This document shows, in pieces, positions 1-6,055 of a stretch of DNA of 43,447 nt (position 1 is its first letter; each line of letters opens with the position of its first letter). The DNA is from a virus (taxonomy: Duplodnaviria; Caudoviricetes): positions 1-43,447 of the IMG/VR virus record IMGVR_UViG_3300044708_000152; one strand, 5' to 3'. The notes beneath the pieces were generated by a model. That model made no database searches. It was not told the origin of the DNA and was given only the letters and a program-made list of their open reading frames with translations. The translations under genes and the position numbers were made by a program.

Positions 1-70
1 GCCCACCCCTCGGGCGGGGGGTCACCCTATAAACCCCGTGGTGGTACCCCTGGGGGCGGTCGTGGACGGT

Positions 71-84
71 AGAACAAACGTTCG
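71..84. promoter_or_regulatory. Gram-positive-type LexA/DinR SOS box (AGAAC-AAAC-GTTCG)
   Basis: Matches the GAAC-N4-GTTC consensus; intergenic, between terS (if circular) and the early promoter. Confidence 0.6.
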
Positions 85-127
85 GCCCTGGGGACCGCGG
101 AGCTCTTAACGGCGTCTAATCAAACGA

Positions 128-140
128 TAACATTTTGTTA
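128..140. promoter_or_regulatory. Palindromic operator O1 (TAACA-TTT-TGTTA)
   Basis: Perfect 5-3-5 inverted repeat; related copies at 164-176 and 3289-3301. Confidence 0.6.
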
Positions 141-151
141 GCACCAGGCCC

Positions 152-180
152 TTGCACCTTACGTATCAATTTGTTATATT
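152..180 (+). promoter_or_regulatory. Sigma70-type early promoter P1, containing operator O2 (164-176)
   Basis: -35 TTGCAC 152-157, 17-bp spacer, extended TG at 172-173, -10 TATATT 175-180; AT-rich island in a GC-rich genome. Confidence 0.8.
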
Positions 181-264
181 GTAGTTGTCGGGAGCGAGAG
201 ACCTCCCACACAGAACCAAACGGATCGCCCGCACGGCGATCAACACGAAAGAGAGTCACCAAAA

Positions 265-702
265 ATGAGAGCAGCACAGGCCGCACGCGCACAGCGCGAC
301 GCTCAGACCCGCATCGTGGATATCGTCAACGCGGGCGAGCAATTCCATAGCGCCTATGACCACATCTCGCGCCAGGCATTCGCGGCAATTCCGCCAACGC
401 TGCCGGGTTACGCCCGGGAATATCTCCGCGGTTATCTCAACGCGCGGCTCGATTTACTCTGGCGCAACACGGAATTCCGATATCAGCTCGCGGACGGTTC
501 ATGGGTCAACGCAACGGACCTTGAATACAACGGCACAGACCAAAGCTCCGGGCACTGGGTAGCAACGCACAATCCACCGGCTGCGCATTTCTGGAAAGGT
601 ACCGACCGTCCGTTCACTCACCCACAACCTATCAACAATACAACGCTCACACCAACGCCCGACTGCCTTACTCAGACTGTCGCCGACGCTTGGACCCACT
701 AG
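265..702 (+). CDS. Early hypothetical protein
   Basis: 145-aa ORF preceded by the conserved GAGAGTCACCAA motif (251-262). Confidence 0.75.
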   Translation: MRAAQAARAQRDAQTRIVDIVNAGEQFHSAYDHISRQAFAAIPPTLPGYAREYLRGYLNARLDLLWRNTEFRYQLADGSWVNATDLEYNGTDQSSGHWVATHNPPAAHFWKGTDRPFTHPQPINNTTLTPTPDCLTQTVADAWTH

Positions 703-722
703 AGACCACAGAGGAGTCACCA

Positions 723-992
723 ATGATCACCAAGCAGCAAGCCGTCATGGCTGACGAATTCCACTACACCGGAAATCACGAATGCTCGCGCACCGTAGGC
801 CCGCGCGGGGGAGTCACGGAAAAGATAGTGCGCGTGCGTCGCAACGGCGCAACGCAAACCTGGAAAACGCGCCCGGACGAATGGCGCCTCCCGGTCAAGT
901 ATGGAATGCGCGCACGCGACCAATTCTCAATCCACCATTACGAAGCGGCTAACTGGCATACCGCTAACGACTGCCCACTACAGACCACATAA
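723..992 (+). CDS. Early hypothetical protein (89 aa)
   Basis: ATG at 723 after GAGGAGTCACCA; stop immediately before hammerhead 1. Confidence 0.85.
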   Translation: MITKQQAVMADEFHYTGNHECSRTVGPRGGVTEKIVRVRRNGATQTWKTRPDEWRLPVKYGMRARDQFSIHHYEAANWHTANDCPLQTT

Positions 993-994
993 CA

Positions 995-1044
995 GGTCGA
1001 AACGTCGCGAGACGTCTAGGCGTTAGGCGCCTGCTGAAGAGACC
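995..1044 (+). ncRNA. Type II hammerhead ribozyme HH1 (predicted cleavage after C1016)
   Basis: GGUC-GAAA-CGUC(GCGA)GACG-UC-UAGGCG(UUAGG)CGCCUG-CUGAAGA-GACC: all three stems and the canonical CUGANGA/GAAA/GUC core are present. Confidence 0.92.
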
Positions 1045-1064
1045 AATTTAGGAGAGTCACAACG

Positions 1065-1388
1065 ATGCACACAGTTATTCGCGCGGACCTGCGCGCCAAT
1101 TGGGACAACGGCGACGCGTGGGGCTCCACAATGGGCGCCTGGTTTTCCATCGCCGACGTCCTTTACGTCACCGGCGAGGATATCCCCAACGACTGGGGAT
1201 ACCGCCAGCCCAACACGACAACGCGCGTACTGGCCAATATGTACGACGAAAACAACGGCGACTGGTTAGCCGCCGACCTGCGAGAGTCTTACTACACAAA
1301 CCTGGTTACCGCCGACGACTTGCGCCATGCTGGCAACGTCCTAAAGCGCCTCTCAGACATTCTCGAGGCCAACGACCGGAGCTACTGA
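1065..1388 (+). CDS. Early hypothetical protein (107 aa, acidic/aromatic)
   Basis: ATG after GGAGAGTCAC, downstream of HH1. Confidence 0.85.
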   Translation: MHTVIRADLRANWDNGDAWGSTMGAWFSIADVLYVTGEDIPNDWGYRQPNTTTRVLANMYDENNGDWLAADLRESYYTNLVTADDLRHAGNVLKRLSDILEANDRSY

Positions 1389-1389
1389 C

Positions 1390-1602
1390 ATGATCACCCT
1401 CGAATCCGGCGCGTTCGGATGGGACTACCTGCTAGTCAACGACAACGGCGAGTCCATCCTGATTCAGACCGACTATGACTACCCCGGCGTGGCGACAACG
1501 TTCGGCTGGGGCGGCTCCGAAGACGACATATCAGGAGCTGCTGCGTACCTTGACGACAACGTAGGCGCGAGCGTCGAAGACCCCGGCTACTTCAACGACT
1601 GA
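1390..1602 (+). CDS. Highly acidic 70-aa protein (DNA-mimic/anti-defence candidate)
   Basis: 14 D/E and no K/R/H; starts 1 nt after the upstream stop; stop adjacent to HH2. Confidence 0.8.
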   Translation: MITLESGAFGWDYLLVNDNGESILIQTDYDYPGVATTFGWGGSEDDISGAAAYLDDNVGASVEDPGYFND

Positions 1603-1604
1603 CA

Positions 1605-1654
1605 GGTCGAAACGTCGCGAGACGTCCAGGCGTAAGGCGCCTGCTGAAGAGACC
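1605..1654 (+). ncRNA. Type II hammerhead ribozyme HH2 (predicted cleavage after C1626)
   Basis: Same fold as HH1; stem I CAGGCG/CGCCUG; canonical CUGAAGA core. Confidence 0.92.
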
Positions 1655-1674
1655 ATTTGAGGAGAGTCACAACG

Positions 1675-2241
1675 ATGGAACCTGTTGAAACCACCGAACG
1701 CTACGGATATACCGCTCGCATCGAATATGACAACGATCCGGAGTCCCCGCGCGAATGGGACAACCTTGGCACCATCATCACATGGCACCGCCGCTACGCC
1801 TTCGGCGACCGCGACGGATACCGTGAAGGGATCGACCCTGGAGAACTCTACAACGAGCTGAAAAGCGAAGGCGCTCTCATTCTGCCGATCTACATGTACG
1901 AACATAGCGGGATCACCATCCGAACGTCAGACTTCGCTGATCCTTGGGATTCCGGCCAGGTCGGGTTTATCTATGTCGACCGTGCCAAGATCTTGGAGGA
2001 ATACAACGCCAAACGTGTAACAACATCCGTTCGCGAACGCGCGTTGGCGTGCTTGAAGGCCGAAGTGGAAGTACTGGACCAGTTTCTTACCGGCGACATC
2101 TACGGCTACATCATCGAAGACGCGGGGGGTGACCACATCGACTCATGCTGGGGCTACTACGGACTTACAACGGTCCGCGAAGAGTTAAACGCAGCGCTTG
2201 AAGCCCTGCCGCATACGCTCCCTTTGCCGGAACTTGCGTAA
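1675..2241 (+). CDS. Conserved-looking phage/MGE hypothetical protein (SPREWDNLG...WDSGQVG...DSCWGYYG), acidic
   Basis: ATG at 1675 after GGAGAGTCAC; motif pattern recalled from phage early proteins of unknown function. Confidence 0.85.
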   Translation: MEPVETTERYGYTARIEYDNDPESPREWDNLGTIITWHRRYAFGDRDGYREGIDPGELYNELKSEGALILPIYMYEHSGITIRTSDFADPWDSGQVGFIYVDRAKILEEYNAKRVTTSVRERALACLKAEVEVLDQFLTGDIYGYIIEDAGGDHIDSCWGYYGLTTVREELNAALEALPHTLPLPELA

Positions 2242-2244
2242 TCA

Positions 2245-2294
2245 GGTCGAAACGTCGCGAGACGTCCAGGCGTGATGCGCCTGCCGATAAGACC
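2245..2294 (+). ncRNA. Type II hammerhead HH3, variant core CCGAUAA (U4C, G8A; probably impaired)
   Basis: All stems intact; two core substitutions, including loss of the C3-G8 pair. Confidence 0.8.
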
Positions 2295-2318
2295 ACTTTT
2301 GGAGAGTCACAACCGATC

Positions 2319-2600
2319 ATGGAAACTATCCACCTTACACTAATGATCGATCCATCCGACGCCGGGGAATTCGACCCGTATCATCCAGCGCTCAGCCCCG
2401 CACAACGCGCGGCGCTCGTCCGCGCACGATTGTTCGCAATTCTCGAAGAGGAAAACGACGTCGAATTGGCAACACGCCTGACCATAGAGCACAACGGCCT
2501 GGCTGCACTTGCGCGCAACGCCGTACGCGAGTATCGCAACGATTACCACTCGCCCGCCTTGGAGGAGGCTATCGAGCGGCTCGCATCAGCGCTTGACTGA
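2319..2600 (+). CDS. Early hypothetical protein (93 aa)
   Basis: Lies between HH3 and HH4; GGAGAGTCAC RBS. Confidence 0.85.
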   Translation: METIHLTLMIDPSDAGEFDPYHPALSPAQRAALVRARLFAILEEENDVELATRLTIEHNGLAALARNAVREYRNDYHSPALEEAIERLASALD

Positions 2601-2602
2601 CA

Positions 2603-2652
2603 GGTCGAAACGTCGCGAGGCGTCCAGGCGTGATGCGCCTGCCGATGAGACC
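2603..2652 (+). ncRNA. Type II hammerhead HH4, core CCGAUGA (U4C variant; predicted cleavage after C2624)
   Basis: Stems intact; a U-G wobble replaces U-A in stem III. Confidence 0.85.
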
Positions 2653-2670
2653 AATTCTGGAGAGTCACCT

Positions 2671-3006
2671 ATGAAAACACTCGCGGACCTCAACGCCAAC
2701 GCCCACGAGTACCGCACCTTCGGCAACGAGGGCAGCGGCACCGGGCCATTCACTCTACGGACCTCGTGGGCCGTGGGCTCGCAATCACGACGATGGAACC
2801 GCTCCGGTAAAACGCATCTGCTGCGTATCTCAACCGTGCTCGCAACGCACCCGGATGGCGGCTGGAAACCGAACTACTACAAGGTCGGCCAGGTCTACTC
2901 CGCCGCCGCCATGTGCGACTCCAACGGCCAGCACACCGGGCATGTGTACCCCAACGTCGACACGGACGCAGTGGACTGCCAGCGTTGCCTGAAGGCACTC
3001 CAGTGA
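2671..3006 (+). CDS. Early hypothetical protein (111 aa, C-terminal Cys motif)
   Basis: ATG at 2671 after GGAGAGTCACC; contains C...CQRC. Confidence 0.8.
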   Translation: MKTLADLNANAHEYRTFGNEGSGTGPFTLRTSWAVGSQSRRWNRSGKTHLLRISTVLATHPDGGWKPNYYKVGQVYSAAAMCDSNGQHTGHVYPNVDTDAVDCQRCLKALQ

Positions 3007-3273
3007 TCTACTACGCCGAGTGTTTCGCGAAACCGTACGGTGGTGGCTGGGCCGTCGCCGAGACTCCAGAAGAGGCGCTCAAAGCGGGCCCGTCGCAACG
3101 TCGGCGAGACCGCCCGCCACGAACGCGGATCGTACGTGCTCGAGTTCCCCGACAACGCCAACGTGAGTTGCGGGAGCGAGCTGTACGGTGGGTATCGTGC
3201 CAACGTCCACCCGCTGCGCATCGTCTCGAAGCACAAAATCACCATGGACGACAACGCACTGCTGGGCCGGTAA
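3003..3273 (+). pseudogene. Small gene apparently interrupted by a +1 frameshift near 3081-3083
   Basis: GTGA-coupled start MIYYAECFAKPYGGGWAVAETPEEALK continues naturally as RARRNVGETARHE...LLGR* in another frame if one A is removed. Confidence 0.55.
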
Positions 3274-3288
3274 TTCTGGCCCTCGCCC

Positions 3289-3305
3289 TATCATTTTGAT
3301 ATACT
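3289..3305 (+). promoter_or_regulatory. Second early promoter P2 (extended -10 TGaTATACT) overlapped by operator O3 (TATCA-TTT-TGATA)
   Basis: TG at 3297-3298, -10 TATACT 3300-3305; similar to the P1 core; no good -35. Confidence 0.7.
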
Positions 3306-3335
3306 GAACGCACAACGAAAACAGGAGAGTCACCA

Positions 3336-3740
3336 ATGTCTACCGCCAACGCTCGCGCCATTCTTGACAACGTCGAACTGCCCACCGCCCGCTATCGCGC
3401 CATTCGGACCCGCTACGTCGGGCCAACGAACACCCGCGGCTCGCGCATCATCGCCGACGCCGGGGACCGCGCCTCGCGCGTCGTCGTCAGTTACGACCCA
3501 GCGCTCAACACCGACCAGAACCACGCGTACGCCGCCGTGCTGGTCACCCGCAAAATGGGCTGGGACGATCCCCAGTATTTCACCCCATTGGTTGGCGGTG
3601 GATACAACGCCGAATACTTCTGGGTTTTCCAGAACCGCCCGGAACCCTGGATCGTATGCGCCGCGTGCGGCCATAGCGGGCCGCACACTTCCGATAGTGG
3701 GTGCTCACTCTGCGACTGCACAGAGAAAGTGCCGGCATGA
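3336..3740 (+). CDS. Phage hypothetical protein (YVGPTNTRGSRI motif) with C-terminal Zn ribbon
   Basis: GGAGAGTCACCA RBS; CAACGH...CSLCDC. Confidence 0.85.
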   Translation: MSTANARAILDNVELPTARYRAIRTRYVGPTNTRGSRIIADAGDRASRVVVSYDPALNTDQNHAYAAVLVTRKMGWDDPQYFTPLVGGGYNAEYFWVFQNRPEPWIVCAACGHSGPHTSDSGCSLCDCTEKVPA

Positions 3741-3955
3741 ACAGTGTAGAAGCGCTGGACTTCGCCCTCCAGATCCTCCGCAACCGGCAACGGCGCGTCG
3801 CGCCGGCCCCGGACGGCTCAAGCCCCACCGCGGACGCCATTGAAACCCTGAGCGCACTCCGCCAGCTCATCGAAGAAAACGAGCGCATACTCGACGCCGA
3901 AGAGAGCAACGACGACAACGCGCAACAGTCTTTCTGGAATGCGTACGTCCGATGA
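3737..3955 (+). CDS. Hypothetical protein (72 aa)
   Basis: ATGA overlaps at both ends. Confidence 0.75.
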   Translation: MNSVEALDFALQILRNRQRRVAPAPDGSSPTADAIETLSALRQLIEENERILDAEESNDDNAQQSFWNAYVR

Positions 3956-4164
3956 GCGGTTGCCCGTGCTGCGGCGCCAACGTCGCGCCGAATGTCCTTC
4001 ACATCAGCGGGCCCTGCTTCGGCCCGGTCCAACGCGCGGGCGACGGTGAACTGATCACCGTCTGCCACCGCCGAGCCAACCATGCGGGCGCGTGCTCCGA
4101 CTGGGCGCCCAACGAATGCACCGTCCCGGACTGTGCCTGCACTGAACAGGAACCCCTCCTATGA
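3952..4164 (+). CDS. Cys/His-rich small protein
   Basis: ATGA coupling; CPCC...C...CH...H...C...C...CAC. Confidence 0.65.
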   Translation: MSGCPCCGANVAPNVLHISGPCFGPVQRAGDGELITVCHRRANHAGACSDWAPNECTVPDCACTEQEPLL

Positions 4165-4319
4165 ACGTCTATGACATCCGCGAAGACACCGCCGGTCGCT
4201 GGTACGTGGTGCGCATCGACCTGGACACCGGCCAGGCCACGTACATCACCTGGTTTGACACACGGCTCCAGGCGCAACGCAACGCGGACCACCGCAACCT
4301 GGAGGCGAGCCGATCATGA
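4161..4319 (+). CDS. Hypothetical protein (52 aa, MNVYDIREDTAGRWYVV...)
   Basis: Not in the ORF track; fills the gap exactly with ATGA overlaps at both ends. Confidence 0.75.
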   Translation: MNVYDIREDTAGRWYVVRIDLDTGQATYITWFDTRLQAQRNADHRNLEASRS

Positions 4320-4582
4320 CTGAACAACGCATTGATGCCATCGAGCGCCGCCTTGCGGACCTCGAGCGCGTCGACCGTGAAACGATCCGCCTTCTTGACC
4401 GCCTCACCACCGCGATAGAGCTGCTGACCAACTCTCAGGTCAACCAGCAACGCATCCTCAACGAGCACACCGGTTTGCTGCGCGACCTGGTGCAGCTTGT
4501 TGGCAGCGTCGACGACCGCCTCGGCCGCATCGAGCAAATCTTGCTCGAGCGCGGCCACCAGAACGGAGCATCATCCACATGA
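4316..4582 (+). CDS. Coiled-coil protein
   Basis: Heptad-rich 88 aa; GGAGG RBS. Confidence 0.8.
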   Translation: MTEQRIDAIERRLADLERVDRETIRLLDRLTTAIELLTNSQVNQQRILNEHTGLLRDLVQLVGSVDDRLGRIEQILLERGHQNGASST

Positions 4583-4803
4583 GCAACGCAGCGACGCCGG
4601 CGCCCAACGCGGCGGCTGCCTCCTCTCTGCGCACACCTGAGGGTGTGCGCGCCTGGCGCAAGGAGCGCGGGCTCTCGCAGATCGACCTGGCGGAACTCCT
4701 CGAGGTGGTCCCCCTGACCGTACTGCGCTGGGAGAACGGCCAGGTCGCCATCCCGCGCACCGTCGAGCTCGCGCTGCTCTACCTCAGCGAGGCGCGGTCA
4801 TGA
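4579..4803 (+). CDS. XRE-family helix-turn-helix regulator
   Basis: VRAWRKERGLSQIDLAELLEVVPLTVLRWENG is a classic HTH_3 pattern. Confidence 0.9.
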   Translation: MSNAATPAPNAAAASSLRTPEGVRAWRKERGLSQIDLAELLEVVPLTVLRWENGQVAIPRTVELALLYLSEARS

Positions 4804-5054
4804 CAACGCTCGAAGAGTTAGCCGCACGCGTCGCACGCCTCGAGGAGCGTCAGGACCTCGCCACCAAAGCGGACCTGCTCGAGGTCCGTCGCGACATCGC
4901 CAACATGGCCACCGGCATTGGCACCGATCTTCGCGACATCCGCGGGCAGCTCGCAACGCAAGGTCAGAACATCGGCGAGATTCACCAGGACATCGCCGAA
5001 ATCCGCCGCATCCTTGTCCGCGGCATCTTTCGCTGGCCATGGGAGAAGCGCTAA
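4800..5054 (+). CDS. Coiled-coil protein (DUF1640-like LATKADL motif)
   Basis: DLATKADL, heptad repeats, hydrophobic/aromatic C-terminus. Confidence 0.75.
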   Translation: MTTLEELAARVARLEERQDLATKADLLEVRRDIANMATGIGTDLRDIRGQLATQGQNIGEIHQDIAEIRRILVRGIFRWPWEKR

Positions 5055-5148
5055 CGCCCCACCTCAACACAACACTGGATATCCGCCCGTGCGGGCGGGG
5101 TGTGTCACCACCCCGCCACGCTTACACGCCGATCACCGGAGGATCGAC

Positions 5149-5877
5149 ATGCACATCAAGACTACACTGGCCGCGCTCGCATTTGCGCTGGCCACCACTG
5201 CCAGCAGCACGCCTCAGGTGGCTGCCCAAAGCTACACCGCCACCACCACAACGGACCTGGCCACGGTCGCACCGTACCAGCACCTCAGCGACACGTCCAA
5301 CGCGGGCATGGACAGCATTCTGTTTATCTACCTGCGCCCGAACCTCGACAGATACTGGGGTCAAACCCTCGGCAACATGTACACCGCGCCCGGCTGGTCA
5401 TGGATCAATCGTAGCGGCGGCACCGCCACAGCATGCGGCAACATCACCCTCGAAAACGCGGCTAAGCAAGCCGCGTTCTACTGCCCACGCGACAAGGTGC
5501 TCTACTTCAACGCCGACTTTCTGCAGTACCAGGAGCGCCTGTTCGGCTTTCCTGGCATAGCTACCGTCATCGCCCACGAATACGGGCATCACATCCAGAA
5601 CCTCGAAGGCTGGGCGTCCGTCATGACAACTCAGCAGGAAGAGCTTCAAGCTGACCGCGACGCCGGGGCGTACCTGCGCTGGGCAGGCTGGACCTACACC
5701 ACCAACAACGGCGGCATAGCCAGTTGGTACACACTCAGCGACGTACAGGGCGTGGCCTGGGCCGCCGGCGATTACCTGTACTCCGATCCCGACCATCACG
5801 GCACGCCATCAGAGCGCTCTGAAGCGGTCACGCGCGGCTGGAACAACGGCCCCGGACTGAGCAGCGCCGCTATCTAG
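5149..5877 (+). CDS. Secreted neutral zinc metallopeptidase (YpfJ-like)
   Basis: Signal peptide; AFYCP, IAHEYGHHIQ, ELQAD and HGT motifs; GGAGG RBS. Confidence 0.88.
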   Translation: MHIKTTLAALAFALATTASSTPQVAAQSYTATTTTDLATVAPYQHLSDTSNAGMDSILFIYLRPNLDRYWGQTLGNMYTAPGWSWINRSGGTATACGNITLENAAKQAAFYCPRDKVLYFNADFLQYQERLFGFPGIATVIAHEYGHHIQNLEGWASVMTTQQEELQADRDAGAYLRWAGWTYTTNNGGIASWYTLSDVQGVAWAAGDYLYSDPDHHGTPSERSEAVTRGWNNGPGLSSAAI

Positions 5878-5885
5878 ACCCAAGG

Positions 5886-5956
5886 TATAGTTCTTCTGGG
5901 TTCACAGGCCCACCTGGTGAGGATGCAGTCGGCCCCGTGTCATGCGGGGTCGTTCT
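5886..5956 (+). ncRNA. Possible small RNA 1 (TATAGT -10 box followed by a short transcript ending in a hairpin)
   Basis: GGTATAGT at 5884-5891; hairpin CGGCCCCG/CGGGGTCG followed by TTCT; could simply be the peptidase terminator. Confidence 0.3.
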
Positions 5957-5978
5957 GCGCCTGGGGTATAGTCTGACT

Positions 5979-6053
5979 GGTACGCGGTGTCTTGGTGACT
6001 CTTCCACCGCGTGCGAGAAGGGGCCCCCGTTGTCGACAACGGGGGCCCTCTTG
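5979..6053 (+). ncRNA. Predicted trans-acting antisense sRNA against the early-gene RBS motif
   Basis: -10 TATAGT 5967-5972; 10-bp stem 5980-5989/6005-6014; loop UCUUGGUGACUCUUC complementary to GGAGAGUCACCAA; followed by a terminator. Confidence 0.75.
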
Positions 6054-6054
6054 C
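6015..6054. terminator. Bidirectional terminator between convergent operons
   Basis: Perfect 28-bp palindrome GGGCCCCCGTTGTCGACAACGGGGGCCC (6021-6048) with pyrimidine tails on both strands. Confidence 0.8.
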
Positions 6055-6055
6055 G

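Noticed and set aside
990-2660. Conserved pseudoknot between loop I and the flanks of the hammerheads
   Set aside because: Pairing is possible in HH1 and HH3 only and is not consistent across copies
993-2670. CRISPR array or intrinsic terminators as the explanation of the four repeats
   Set aside because: The spacers are 300-600-bp intact genes, no cas genes are present and there are no U-tracts; the hammerhead fold accounts for the conserved positions
4918-5148. N-terminal extension of the peptidase ORF given in the ORF track
   Set aside because: It overlaps the upstream gene; the GGAGG RBS and signal peptide indicate the start is at 5149
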